Shown here piece after piece: positions 9,368 to 19,154 of a DNA stretch of 64,000 bases. Origin of the DNA: Alphaproteobacteria bacterium (GTDB lineage: Bacteria > Pseudomonadota > Alphaproteobacteria > UBA828); assembly GCA_965221125.1 (NCBI GenBank), contig CBDCRW010000007.1:736001-800000 (forward strand). Direction: 5' to 3'. The notes beneath the pieces were generated by a model, which made no database searches, was not told the origin of the DNA, and saw nothing but the letters and a program-made list of their open reading frames with translations. A program made the position numbers and the translations under genes. Within the stretch, counting starts at the first letter, position 1, and every line of letters starts with the position of its first letter.

Positions 9368-10837
9368 TCACTCTCCCCGCAACACGTCGAAGGCGATGCT
9401 GATGCGCTCGCCCGCGCCGCTGAAGGGCAGGGTGCGGTGAAACATGTAGGAGGGGAAGAGCAGCATCAGCCCCTCCTCGGGCTCGATCAGCCGTGTTTCC
9501 GGCTCCGCCCTGATTCGAAAATCCCAGTAGGGGCGGCCGAACTCGATCCAGCCCGCCGTCCCCTCGTCGTCCGCGCCCAGGGTCGGGGGGAGCTCGACGT
9601 AGTAGACGCCGCTCAGCCAGGCCGAGGGGTGAATGTGGGGCACCTGATAGGCGCCTTCGTCGAGGATGACCCCCCATGCCGTGATCCTGACACGATCCGG
9701 GATATCGGCCAGGAAGGGATGGCTCAGCTCCTGCGGCATCGCCGTCCGGTATCGGTCCACAGCGTCTTCCACCAGCGAGCGGAACGCCGCCGCCGCGCCG
9801 CAGCCGGGCAGCAACTCGCCCGTGCTCCGGCCACGTTCCATGGAGTAGCTCTCGGGCGCCGCCTGGAGCGTCGGGTGGCCCCGAACATGGGCGGCCAGCG
9901 CCGCGTTGAGGGCTCCCATGTCCGCGTAGCTCTCTGGCGGCGCGCAGCGTTCGTGCCGCAGCAGGCGATCGAAATCGAGCAGCGAGCGTGCCCGGTTCGT
10001 CTCGCCCGCCTCCCGCAAGGCGACGGCCTTCATCGCGAGCGCGCCGCTTTGGCCGGGGTGCCGTGCCAGCAGGTCGTCACAGGCCTCGAGCGCCGCTCCC
10101 GGGTCGCCGCGGTCGAGATGGGCATGGACGTGGCGCGGTTTCCCGACCTCGAACGAGGCGTCGAGGATGTCCTCTCTGAGTGCTGCCGCCTGCCCATACG
10201 CCGCGATGGCCTCGTCGAGCCGGCCCTGGGCATAGAGAACGTTGCCGAGGGCGAAGCAGGCCTCGGCGTGCTCCGACTCGACGGAGAGTGCCCGGCGGAA
10301 GCTGTCCTCTGCCCCATCGAGGTCGCCTTGGGCGTGGCGGACCAGGCCGATGCGGAGGAGCGTGCCGGCATGGTCGGGGCGGAGCGTGGCGGCACGACCC
10401 AAGGCTTCGGCGGCGCCGTCGAGGTCTCCCTTGGCCCGTAGCGCCTGGCCCAGATTGAGGTGCGTCTCGGCCCTCTCCGGATCGAGCTCGACCGCCCGCC
10501 GGTAGGCGCCAATCGCGGCATCGACGCGGCCGGTGGCCTGCAGCACGTTGCCGAGGTCGTTGTGGGCGCCCGCGTCTTCAGGTTCGAGGGCCACGGCGCG
10601 CTGCAGGAGCGCTGCCGCCTCGTCCGCCGCATCCAGCCGGAAGGCGACCAGCGCGCAAGCCTTCAGCGCGTCCCGGTGGTCGGGCTTGGCGGCGAGAACC
10701 GCGCGGTAGAGCGCGTGCGCTTCCGCCAGCTTTCCGGTCCGCGCGTACCGCGCCGCGCGCCCCATTGCCTCGCGGACCCGCGTGGGCGAGAGCCGCCCGC
10801 CCTTGTTGCCGCCCGCTCGGCGATTGCCAGCTGTCAC
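9368..10837 (-). CDS. TPR-repeat protein fused to a putative 2OG-Fe(II) oxygenase domain
   Basis: Multiple TPRs, then HIHPSAWLSGVYYV, LFPSYMFH, RISIAFD; GTG at 10837 has a GAGGAG RBS. Confidence 0.85.
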   Translation of the reverse strand: MTAGNRRAGGNKGGRLSPTRVREAMGRAARYARTGKLAEAHALYRAVLAAKPDHRDALKACALVAFRLDAADEAAALLQRAVALEPEDAGAHNDLGNVLQATGRVDAAIGAYRRAVELDPERAETHLNLGQALRAKGDLDGAAEALGRAATLRPDHAGTLLRIGLVRHAQGDLDGAEDSFRRALSVESEHAEACFALGNVLYAQGRLDEAIAAYGQAAALREDILDASFEVGKPRHVHAHLDRGDPGAALEACDDLLARHPGQSGALAMKAVALREAGETNRARSLLDFDRLLRHERCAPPESYADMGALNAALAAHVRGHPTLQAAPESYSMERGRSTGELLPGCGAAAAFRSLVEDAVDRYRTAMPQELSHPFLADIPDRVRITAWGVILDEGAYQVPHIHPSAWLSGVYYVELPPTLGADDEGTAGWIEFGRPYWDFRIRAEPETRLIEPEEGLMLLFPSYMFHRTLPFSGAGERISIAFDVLRGE

Positions 10838-10890
10838 CGCGTCACTCCTCCGTGCGCCATGCGCGATGGCGGCGATGCTACCACGCGCCC

Positions 10891-12003
10891 TCAGTCGCCG
10901 AGCGATTGACGATGCCCTGCGGGAGCTGGCCGATGGTGGGCAGCGTGGCGCACGAGCTTCCGGGTCAGCGTCGGGAGCGCATGGTCCGAAAAACGCGAAG
11001 GATGACACCAGATGTCGTCGCCCTGTGTGCCGCCGCCCGCGCTTTCGGTCTCGGCAGCCGCGATCACCAGCTCGATCTCGAAATGGGTGAAGCCGTGGCG
11101 GACCGGCTCCGGTAGCGCCTGCCACTGGCTCTCCAGGGGCGCATGAGCCGTGGCCGCCGCCAAGTCCCAGGGTTCATCTCTCCAAGGTGTGGTGGGCAGC
11201 TCGATCATCCCGCCGAGCAGGCCCTTGTCCGGCCGGCGCCGCAGCAGCACGGCCCCGTCCCCCCGCATCAGCCAGAAGGAGACGCCGTGCCGCAGCGGTC
11301 GCGGCCGCTTCGGCGCCCGGCGCGGCAATTCTTCGGCCAGCCCGCGCGCGAGCCCTTGGCAGGCATCCCGCCAAGGGCAGGCAAGGCAGCCCGGACTGCG
11401 CGGGGTGCAGACGGTTGCGCCAAGGTCCATCAGCGCTTGCGCGTAATCGCCCGGTCGGGCCTCGGGCGTAAGCGCGGCGGCGAGCGCGTAAAGCCTGGGC
11501 TTGGCCGCAGGAAGCGGGGTCTCGACCGCGCGAAGCCGTGCGATCACCCGCTCGACGTTGCCGTCGACGACGGTCGCCGGCCGGTCGTGGGCAATGGCCG
11601 CGATCGCCGCAGCGGTGTAGCGCCCGATTCCCGGCAACGCCCGCAGCGCAGCCTCCTCGCTCGGGAAGCGCCCGCCGTGATCGGCCAGCACGCGCCGTGC
11701 GCAGGCATGCAGGTTGCGCGCGCGGGCGTAGTAGCCGAGCCCCTGCCAGGCGTGGAGCACCTCGTCGAGTTCGGCCTCTGCTAGCGCGTCGAGGGTCGGC
11801 CAACGCTCCAGGAAGCGCTCAAAGTATCCGGCGACGACCGGGACGGTCGTCTGCTGCAGCATGATCTCGCTGAGCCAGACCCGGTACGGGTCCGGCCGCG
11901 TGCCGGGCGCGGCGCGCCAGGGCAGGCGGCGGCGGTGGCGGTCGTACCAGTCGAGCAGCGCCTCGACCAGGTGCGCAGGCGTGGCGAGATCGGCGGCGGT
12001 CAT
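10891..12003 (-). CDS. mutY: A/G-specific adenine glycosylase
   Basis: WLSEIMLQQT, GLGYYARARNL, LPGIGRYTA HhH, VDGNV, Cx6Cx2Cx5C Fe-S motif, NUDIX-like C-terminus. Confidence 0.97.
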   Translation of the reverse strand: MTAADLATPAHLVEALLDWYDRHRRRLPWRAAPGTRPDPYRVWLSEIMLQQTTVPVVAGYFERFLERWPTLDALAEAELDEVLHAWQGLGYYARARNLHACARRVLADHGGRFPSEEAALRALPGIGRYTAAAIAAIAHDRPATVVDGNVERVIARLRAVETPLPAAKPRLYALAAALTPEARPGDYAQALMDLGATVCTPRSPGCLACPWRDACQGLARGLAEELPRRAPKRPRPLRHGVSFWLMRGDGAVLLRRRPDKGLLGGMIELPTTPWRDEPWDLAAATAHAPLESQWQALPEPVRHGFTHFEIELVIAAAETESAGGGTQGDDIWCHPSRFSDHALPTLTRKLVRHAAHHRPAPAGHRQSLGD

Positions 12004-12070
12004 CGAGGGTGGCGCTTCACAGCAGCGCTCGTTGGGCGTACATCGTGAGGCGGACCCCGGATGTCATGCA

Positions 12071-12541
12071 GTGACCAGACGCAAGGCCCGCCAGGCGCAG
12101 CCGCTCGCCCGGCTTGTCGGCAGAATTGCCGCCAAGTCCTTCGAGTCGCGCGGACTCGCCGCGGCCGAGATCGCCAGCGAGTGGCCCGCGATCGTGGGTG
12201 AGGCCACCGCCGCCAGTTCGTGGCCCGATCGGCTGGGGCGGGACGGCACGCTCAGGGTCTGCGTAGCGGGGCCGGTCGCGGTCGAGCTTCAGCATCTCGA
12301 ACCCCAGATTCTTGAGCGAATCGCTATCTACTATGGCTACCGCGCGGTGACGCGGATCGCCTACGTGAACCGTGCGGCGCCGTCGCGAACGCCGGACCGG
12401 AAGCGTCGGATGCCCAAAAAAATCGACTCGGAGTCGGCCGCGCGTGTCGAAAACACCGTCGACTCCACGCAGGACAGCCGCCTGAGGTCGGCGCTCGCGG
12501 CTCTCGGCCGAGCGGTCCTCACCAACGCGCAGAGAAAGTAA
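12071..12541 (+). CDS. dciA: DUF721/DciA family helicase-loading protein
   Basis: WPAIVG, ELQHLEPQILERI..YYGY; divergent from mutY and upstream of dsbA-smc as in other alphaproteobacteria. Confidence 0.85.
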   Translation: MTRRKARQAQPLARLVGRIAAKSFESRGLAAAEIASEWPAIVGEATAASSWPDRLGRDGTLRVCVAGPVAVELQHLEPQILERIAIYYGYRAVTRIAYVNRAAPSRTPDRKRRMPKKIDSESAARVENTVDSTQDSRLRSALAALGRAVLTNAQRK

Positions 12542-12667
12542 CGCATTGATAATTGGCGTGTAATTCCTCTGAAACTCTGGCGTTCGCGGTTCGCCTGCGC
12601 CGTGGAACGGTACCGCGGCAGCAGGAACTATACTTTTCGTTGCGAGAGTGCGTACAGTCCGGCCCGA

Positions 12668-13411
12668 ATGGTGAACGAAATCGCCACGCCGCTGGAAACC
12701 CCACCGGACGCCGGAAGGGATTCGGTATTCTCGTCCTTGCGGCATGTGGATCAGCCGCCGCTGGCGCTGCCGCCCGAACTGGCCTTCGACAGCCGACTCC
12801 GCATGGAGGGGCTGCAGTTCCTCAGCCTGCTGCCCTCGGCCGCAGTTCCGGTCGCGTTCCTGGACCCGCAATACCGTGGCGTGCTCGATCACCTGGCTTA
12901 CGGCAACGAGGGCGTGCGCCGCGGCGCCGCCCGCACCGCCCTGCCGCAGATGACCGATGAGATCCCGTCGTTCATCGAGGAGATTTGCCGCTGCCTGATG
13001 CCGAGCGGCCACCTTTTCCTGTGGACGGACAAGTACCATCTTTGCACCGGGTTCGGCGACTGGCTCGAAGGCACGTCGCTGGAAATCGTGGACATGGTGA
13101 CGTGGCACAAGAAGCGGATCGGCATGGGCTACCGCACGAGGCGTGCCAGCGAGTACCTGATCGTGCTGCAAAAAGCGCCGCGCAAGGCCAAGGGTGTGTG
13201 GAAGGTCCACACCATCCCGGATGTGTGGAGCGAATCGGTCGGCAAGCGCGACCAGGTCCACCCGAAGCCGGTGGGCCTCCAGAGCGTCTTGATCGAGGCC
13301 GTCAGCAATCCGGGCGACGTGGTGATCGACCCCGCCGCAGGTTCGTTCTCGGTCATGGAGGCGTGCAGGCAGAAGGGCCGCACCTTCCTCGGGTGCGACA
13401 TCAACGGATGA
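12668..13411 (+). CDS. Site-specific DNA methyltransferase (N6A/N4C, beta-class order), orphan
   Basis: FLDPQY (motif IV variant) N-terminal; HPKP and IDPAAGSFS (motif I variant) and LGCDI C-terminal. Start may be 12602 or 12668. Confidence 0.85.
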   Translation: MVNEIATPLETPPDAGRDSVFSSLRHVDQPPLALPPELAFDSRLRMEGLQFLSLLPSAAVPVAFLDPQYRGVLDHLAYGNEGVRRGAARTALPQMTDEIPSFIEEICRCLMPSGHLFLWTDKYHLCTGFGDWLEGTSLEIVDMVTWHKKRIGMGYRTRRASEYLIVLQKAPRKAKGVWKVHTIPDVWSESVGKRDQVHPKPVGLQSVLIEAVSNPGDVVIDPAAGSFSVMEACRQKGRTFLGCDING

Positions 13412-13421
13412 GGATATCTTC

Positions 13422-14039
13422 ATGATTTCGCGTCGTTTCCTTCTGGGCTCAATGGCGGCCGTTCCACTTGCCTCGGTGTTGGTGCCGCTGCCCGGCACCG
13501 CGGCTGGCATCGGCGAGAAGCCCGGCGACCTTGCGCTCGGCGACCCCGACGCGCCGGTGACGGTGATCGAGTTTTTCTCGCTCACCTGCCCGGCCTGCCG
13601 CCGCTTTCACATGAACATCTACAACCGGCTCAAGCCTGACTACGTGGATACCGGCAAGGTCCGGTTCGTAGCGCGCGACTTCCCGCTCAACGCACCCGCG
13701 CTTCAGGCGGCGGTGCTCACCCACTGCGCCGGACGCGACCGCTACTTCGCCTTCGTCGACGTCCTGTTCCAGACCTTCGACGATTGGGCGGGTTCGGGCG
13801 CGTACACGGAGAAGCTGGCGCAGATCGGCGAGCTGGGCGGCGTGAGCCGCGACCGCTTCGATGCGTGTCTGGCGGACCAGGATCTCGAAAACTCGATATT
13901 CCAATCGATTGCATCGGCGCAGGCCGAGTATGAGGTCGACAGCACGCCGACGGTGATCGTCAACGGCGAGAAGTACGAGGGCAGGATGACCTTCGAGTCA
14001 TTCGCCGCGCATATCGACCGTCTCATCTCGGGTTCGTAG
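13422..14039 (+). CDS. dsbA: DsbA family thiol-disulfide oxidoreductase, Tat-exported
   Basis: SRRFLL Tat motif, CPAC active site, RDFPL, cis-Pro STPT. Confidence 0.9.
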   Translation: MISRRFLLGSMAAVPLASVLVPLPGTAAGIGEKPGDLALGDPDAPVTVIEFFSLTCPACRRFHMNIYNRLKPDYVDTGKVRFVARDFPLNAPALQAAVLTHCAGRDRYFAFVDVLFQTFDDWAGSGAYTEKLAQIGELGGVSRDRFDACLADQDLENSIFQSIASAQAEYEVDSTPTVIVNGEKYEGRMTFESFAAHIDRLISGS

Positions 14040-14054
14040 ACGGAGAGAGGACGC

Positions 14055-17000
14055 GTGCAGGTAACGAAGCTCAGAGTCGCGGGCTTCAAGTCCTTCGTCG
14101 AGCCGACGGAGCTGCACATCGAGCGCGGGCTGACGGGGATCGTCGGCCCCAACGGCTGCGGCAAGTCGAACCTGGTCGAGGCGCTGCGCTGGGTGATGGG
14201 CGAGACCGCACCGCGCCAGGTGCGCGGCGGCGGCATGGAGGACGTGATCTTCGGCGGCACCTCCCGCCGCCCTGCCCATGCCATCGCCGAAGCCACGCTC
14301 AGCCTCGACAATTCGGACCGGACCGCGCCGCCGGGCTTCGAGGATGCGGCCGAGGTCCAGGTCACCCGCCGTATCGAGCGCGGCGAGGGCTCGGCCTATA
14401 CCGTGAATGGCGACGAGGTCCGCGCCCGCGACGTGCAAATTCTGTTCGCCGACGCTGCGACCGGCTCGCACAGCTCGGCGCTGGTAGGACAGGGACGAAT
14501 CGGCGACATCATCGGCGCCAAACCGGCCCAGCGCCGGGCCCTCCTCGAAGAAGCAGCCGGCATCGCCGGCCTGCACGCGAGGCGCCACGAAGCGGAGCTC
14601 AAGCTGAGGGCGGCCGAGACGAACCTGGAGCGCCTCCAGGACGTGATCGGCACCCTGGAGGCGCAGCTCCGCGATCTCGAGCGCCAGGCGCGCCACGCCA
14701 AGCGCTACAGGCGCCTCTCCGAGAGGATTCGCGAGACCGAGGCTGCGCTGCTTCTCATCCGTTGGATCGCGGCCAGGGCCCGTGTCGAGGAGGTGACGCG
14801 CCAGGCGGACGACGCTGCCCGCCGGGTGGCCAAGGCCACCGAAGAGGCTGCCGACGCCGCCCGCCGCCAGGCGGACACGACTGCCGTTCTGCCGGAGCGG
14901 CGCCAGCACGAGACCGAACGCGCCGCTGCCCTTCAGCGCCTGCGAATCGAGCACGATCGGCTCGCCGAAGAGGAAGAGCGGGTCGCCCGCGCCCGCGAGG
15001 AAAATTCGCGCAAGCGCGCCCAGATTGCCGCCGATGTCGAACGCGAAGAGGCGCTGGCTCAGGACGCGGAATCGGCGCAGGCGCGCGTCGACGAGATCCA
15101 CGAGAGGCTGGCCCGTGCAGCCGAGGGCGACGCCGCGGCGGAAGCTGCGGCGCGCACCGCGCGAGAGGACGCGCAGGCCGAGGTCGAGGCGGTCGAGCAG
15201 CGCCTCGCGGCGCTCGTTCAAGCGCAGGCACGGGCTGAGGCCGAGCGCGAGGCGCTGGGCAAGCGGATCGACGAGGCCCGGCAGCGCAGGGAGCGGCTTG
15301 AGCACGACCTCGCGCGGGCCCGGGCTGAGCGTGCGGCGCTGGAGCAGGCCGGGCCCGCTGACGGCCGGCTCAGGGAAGCGCAAGAGGAAGAGCGCGTCCG
15401 GGCCGGAGGCTTCGAGGCTGCGCGTGAGGCGCTGCAGAAGGCGGAAGCAGCACGGGCGCAGGCGGAAGACCGCGAACGCGCGCTGCGCGAAAGGCTGCGC
15501 GAAGCCGATGCCGCGCTTGCAGGCAGCGAGGCCGAGCGCGCGGCCCTTGCTGCGTTGCTTGACGATCCGAGCGCCGGTCCGGGCCGCGCCCTCTGGGATC
15601 GGGTCACGGTCAAGCCCGGATTCGAGGCTGCCGTGGGTGCCGCGCTCGGCGACGACCTTCAGGCCAGCACGGACGACGGTGCGCCGATGCATTGGCGCAC
15701 GTTGCCGCTTACGGGCGACCCCCAGCCGCTACCCGATGGTGCCGCGCCGCTGGCGGATGCCGTGCGCGGTCCTGAGGCGTTGGCGGCACGCCTCTCCCAG
15801 GTGGGCGTGGTGGCGGAGGCGGATGGGGCTCGCTTGCAGGCGGAGCTTCGCACCGGCCAGCGGCTGGTGAGCAGAGAGGGCTCGCTCTGGCGTTGGGACG
15901 GCTTCACGGTGGCCGCCGAAGCGCTGACGGCTGCCGCCCGCCGTCTGCAGGCGCGCAACAGGCTGGCCGTGCTGGTCGAGACGTGCGCGCAGGCCGAAGC
16001 GGAGAAACGCGCGGCGGAGAACGCGGTCGCGACGGCGGCGGCGGCCAGGGAAGACACCGAAACGGCGTGCCAACACGCCCGTGCGCTGACCGATGAGGCC
16101 GCGGATGCCCTCCGGACGGCACGGGAGGCGCGCGCGACGGCCTCGGCCGAGGCGGCGGCAACGCGCTCGCGTCTCGCCGCCCTCGACGAGACGGGCGCAC
16201 GGATCGCAAGCGACATCGCCGAGGCTGGAGAGGCGGAACACCTGGCGCGCGCAGCGCTGGACGTGTTGCCGGCAGCGGGAGCCGGGAAGGGGGACGAGAT
16301 TGTCCCCTTGCAGGCCACCCTCGCGGAGCTTCGCGCACGTTACGAAGAGAGCGCGAGGCGGCACCATCAGGTCGCGCAGGCGGCGGACGGGCGCGGCGCG
16401 CGGCTCGCCGAGCTGGCGCGGGAAAGCGAGAGCTGGGCCGCACGTATCGGCAGTGCGCGCGAGCGGCTGGGCGAACTCGCTGAACGGCTGACCGAGGCCC
16501 GATCGGAACAGGCCGCCCTCGACGCGCGGCCGACCGAGCTCGAAGCGCGACGCGCGGGATTGCTCGGCACGATCGAACGCGCACAAGGCGAGCACCGCGA
16601 TGCCGTCGATGCTCTGGCCAGCGCCGAGCAGGACGCCAAGGCGTCGTCGGGCGCGCTCAAGCAAGCCGAATCGGCGCTGGGCGAGGCGCGCGAAGCCGCG
16701 GCCCGGCTCGAGGGCCTTGTCACCGAGGCCGGGCAGGCGGAGACCGTTGCGGCGGGCCAGATCACCGAGCGTCTCGGCGTGGAGCCGGCGGAGGCGCGCG
16801 CGATTGCCGCGCTCGACCCCGACGGTGCGCTTCCCGAAGCCGAGGCGGTGGAGGTCAAGCTCCAGCGCCTGATTCGCGAGCGCGAAAACATCGGCGCCGT
16901 GAACCTGCGGGCGGAAGCCGAGGCGAGCGAGCTCGACGAGCGCATCAGGGAGATGCAGGAGTCCCGCGCCGACCTGCTGGAAGCCATCGCGCGCCTGCGC

Positions 17001-17516
17001 CGCGGTATCGCCAGCCTCAACCGAGAGGGACGGGAGCGGATGCTGGAGGCTTTCGGCAAGATCGACGGGCACTTCCGGCGGCTGTTCACCGAGCTGTTCG
17101 GCGGCGGCAAGGCCCATCTCGCGCTGGTCGATTCCGACGATCCGCTGGAGGCCGGCCTGGAGGTCGTGGCGAGCCCGCCGGGCAAACGGCCGCAGTCGCT
17201 CTCGCTGCTCTCCGGCGGGGAGAAGGCTTTGACCGGCATAGCCCTGGTCTTCGCCGCCTTCCTCACCAACCCGGCGCCCATCTGTGTGCTCGACGAAGTC
17301 GATGCCCCCCTCGACGACAGCAACGTGGAGCGCTTCTGCACGCTCATCTCGCGGCTGGCGAAGGAGACGGACACCCGTTTCATCGTCGTGACGCACCATC
17401 GCATCACGATGGCCCGCGTCGACCGGCTGTTCGGCGTCACTATGGTGGAGCAGGGGGTTTCCGAGCTCGTCTCGGTCGATCTCGAGCGCGCGGTCGAATT
17501 GCGCGAGACCGCCTGA
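14055..17516 (+). CDS. smc: Chromosome segregation protein SMC
   Basis: GFKSF, GPNGCGKSN Walker A, coiled coils and hinge, LSGGEK, VLDEVDAPLD. Confidence 0.98.
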   Translation: MQVTKLRVAGFKSFVEPTELHIERGLTGIVGPNGCGKSNLVEALRWVMGETAPRQVRGGGMEDVIFGGTSRRPAHAIAEATLSLDNSDRTAPPGFEDAAEVQVTRRIERGEGSAYTVNGDEVRARDVQILFADAATGSHSSALVGQGRIGDIIGAKPAQRRALLEEAAGIAGLHARRHEAELKLRAAETNLERLQDVIGTLEAQLRDLERQARHAKRYRRLSERIRETEAALLLIRWIAARARVEEVTRQADDAARRVAKATEEAADAARRQADTTAVLPERRQHETERAAALQRLRIEHDRLAEEEERVARAREENSRKRAQIAADVEREEALAQDAESAQARVDEIHERLARAAEGDAAAEAAARTAREDAQAEVEAVEQRLAALVQAQARAEAEREALGKRIDEARQRRERLEHDLARARAERAALEQAGPADGRLREAQEEERVRAGGFEAAREALQKAEAARAQAEDRERALRERLREADAALAGSEAERAALAALLDDPSAGPGRALWDRVTVKPGFEAAVGAALGDDLQASTDDGAPMHWRTLPLTGDPQPLPDGAAPLADAVRGPEALAARLSQVGVVAEADGARLQAELRTGQRLVSREGSLWRWDGFTVAAEALTAAARRLQARNRLAVLVETCAQAEAEKRAAENAVATAAAAREDTETACQHARALTDEAADALRTAREARATASAEAAATRSRLAALDETGARIASDIAEAGEAEHLARAALDVLPAAGAGKGDEIVPLQATLAELRARYEESARRHHQVAQAADGRGARLAELARESESWAARIGSARERLGELAERLTEARSEQAALDARPTELEARRAGLLGTIERAQGEHRDAVDALASAEQDAKASSGALKQAESALGEAREAAARLEGLVTEAGQAETVAAGQITERLGVEPAEARAIAALDPDGALPEAEAVEVKLQRLIRERENIGAVNLRAEAEASELDERIREMQESRADLLEAIARLRRGIASLNREGRERMLEAFGKIDGHFRRLFTELFGGGKAHLALVDSDDPLEAGLEVVASPPGKRPQSLSLLSGGEKALTGIALVFAAFLTNPAPICVLDEVDAPLDDSNVERFCTLISRLAKETDTRFIVVTHHRITMARVDRLFGVTMVEQGVSELVSVDLERAVELRETA

Positions 17517-17598
17517 ACCCTCCCGCCTAATTTTCCCGATACAACATTATCCCATTATTTCAACACATTAGACAGGGCACGAACGGCGTTGCGCCGGC

Positions 17599-17627
17599 TT
17601 GACAGGGGGCAGGGCAGCCCCTATGGT
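17599..17627 (+). promoter_or_regulatory. Sigma70-type promoter of the atp F0 operon
   Basis: TTGACA (17599-17604), 17 nt spacer, TATGGT (17622-17627); AT-rich tract upstream. Confidence 0.75.
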
Positions 17628-17680
17628 GCGGGCGCTTTTCGACTGCGGGGCACGCGCGCGCCCTGGCCGAGCGGGTTTGC

Positions 17681-18031
17681 ATGGACGACAAACCACGGCC
17701 ATCCCTGGAGGATCTGGACTCCCGGCTGCGCAAGGCCCGAGGCGGGAACGAGTCGGGCAATCGTGGCCGGTTGCCCGGCACGCGTCTTGGGCAGGCGCTG
17801 CACCTCGCGATCGAAATGGCGGCCGCGCTGGCCGTCGGCGGTGGCATCGGCTGGCTGCTCGACGAATGGCTCGGTACCAGGCCGTGGCTGTTCGTGGTCT
17901 TCATCTTCGTGGGGATCGCGGCCGGCATCCTGAACGCGTTTCGGGCGGCACAGAGAATGGGGGCCACGCCGTTGTCCCGCGATAGCGCGGAAGAGCGGGG
18001 TGAAGGACACGACGAGCGAAGCCAGGGGTAG
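17681..18031 (+). CDS. atpI: ATP synthase protein I (AtpZ/AtpI family)
   Basis: LDSRLRKAR, GGGIGWLLDEWLGTRPW; first gene of the F0 operon. Confidence 0.9.
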   Translation: MDDKPRPSLEDLDSRLRKARGGNESGNRGRLPGTRLGQALHLAIEMAAALAVGGGIGWLLDEWLGTRPWLFVVFIFVGIAAGILNAFRAAQRMGATPLSRDSAEERGEGHDERSQG

Positions 18032-18039
18032 GACGGCCA

Positions 18040-18813
18040 GTGGCAACGACGGATAACGGCGGCGCCGGTCACAACGGCGACGCGCATCACGGCCCGCTCG
18101 ATCAGTTCGCGATCAACCGCTACGTCGAGATCGACCTCGGCGGTTTCGACGCGTCGTTCACCAATTCCGCGCTGATGATGTGCGTGACCGTGATCATAAT
18201 CACGCTGCTCACCACGGTGGGCATGGGCCGCGGGCGCATGGTGCCGGGGCGCGTGCAGTCCATCGTGGAGATGAGCTACGAGATGATCGCCCGAATGCTG
18301 GGCGACATCGTGGGCGGCCGCGGCGCGCAAAAGTTCTTCCCGTTCGTGTTCAGCCTGTTCATGTTTTTGCTGCTCGGTAACGTGCTCGGGCTGATTCCAT
18401 ACTCCTTCACCTTCACCAGCCACATCATCGTGACGCTCGCGTTTGCGCTGGTGGTCTTCGTCGGTGTGACGATCCTCGCCATCGTCATCCACAAGCACCG
18501 CTTCCTGACCTTCTTCCTGCCGCCCGGCGTGCCCATGTGGATGGCGCCGCTGCTGGTGCCGATCGAGGTCGTCTCCTACATGGCGCGGCCGATCAGCCTC
18601 TCCGTGCGGCTCTTCGCCAACATGATGGCGGGACACTCGATCCTGCACGTGTTCGGCGCCTTCGTCTTCGTCCTGAGCTTTGCCGGCGTCCTGCCCTTCG
18701 CGTTCATCGTTGCGCTCTACGGGCTCGAGCTTCTTGTCGCCGTGCTCCAGGCCTACGTCTTCACCATTCTGACCTGCCTCTACATCCGCGACGCGATCGA
18801 GTTGCATCACTAA
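18040..18813 (+). CDS. atpB: F0 ATP synthase subunit a
   Basis: FTNSAL, RPISLSVRLFANMMAGH, LQAYVF. Confidence 0.98.
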   Translation: MATTDNGGAGHNGDAHHGPLDQFAINRYVEIDLGGFDASFTNSALMMCVTVIIITLLTTVGMGRGRMVPGRVQSIVEMSYEMIARMLGDIVGGRGAQKFFPFVFSLFMFLLLGNVLGLIPYSFTFTSHIIVTLAFALVVFVGVTILAIVIHKHRFLTFFLPPGVPMWMAPLLVPIEVVSYMARPISLSVRLFANMMAGHSILHVFGAFVFVLSFAGVLPFAFIVALYGLELLVAVLQAYVFTILTCLYIRDAIELHH

Positions 18814-18870
18814 GCGGACGGGTGCGGGTCGCAAGCCACAATCTCCGAACAAACCGAGGGAAACAGGATC

Positions 18871-19110
18871 ATGGAAGCAGATGCAGCGAAACTGCTCGGT
18901 CAGCTCATTGGCGGCGGTCTCGCCACGATCGGCGTGGCCGGCTCCGGTGTCGGCATCGGCATCATCTTCGGCAACTACGTCTCCGCTGCGGGGCGCAACC
19001 CGGCGGCGGCGCCTAAGCTGTTCGGCAACGTGCTGCTGGGCTTCGCGCTGACCGAGGCGATCGCGCTGTTCGCGCTCGTCATGGCCTTCATCATCCTGTT
19101 CGGCTCCTGA
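18871..19110 (+). CDS. atpE: F0 ATP synthase subunit c (H+ type)
   Basis: GxGxGxG, RNP loop, FALTEA. Confidence 0.98.
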   Translation: MEADAAKLLGQLIGGGLATIGVAGSGVGIGIIFGNYVSAAGRNPAAAPKLFGNVLLGFALTEAIALFALVMAFIILFGS

Positions 19111-19154
19111 TCGACAGCCATCCGGCGGCTTGAGTCAGAGGCAGGAGGCGCCCG

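Noticed and set aside
12668-13411. Calling the methyltransferase CcrM because it is near mutY
   Set aside because: Too short, has DPQY rather than DPPY, and lacks the CcrM C-terminal domain.
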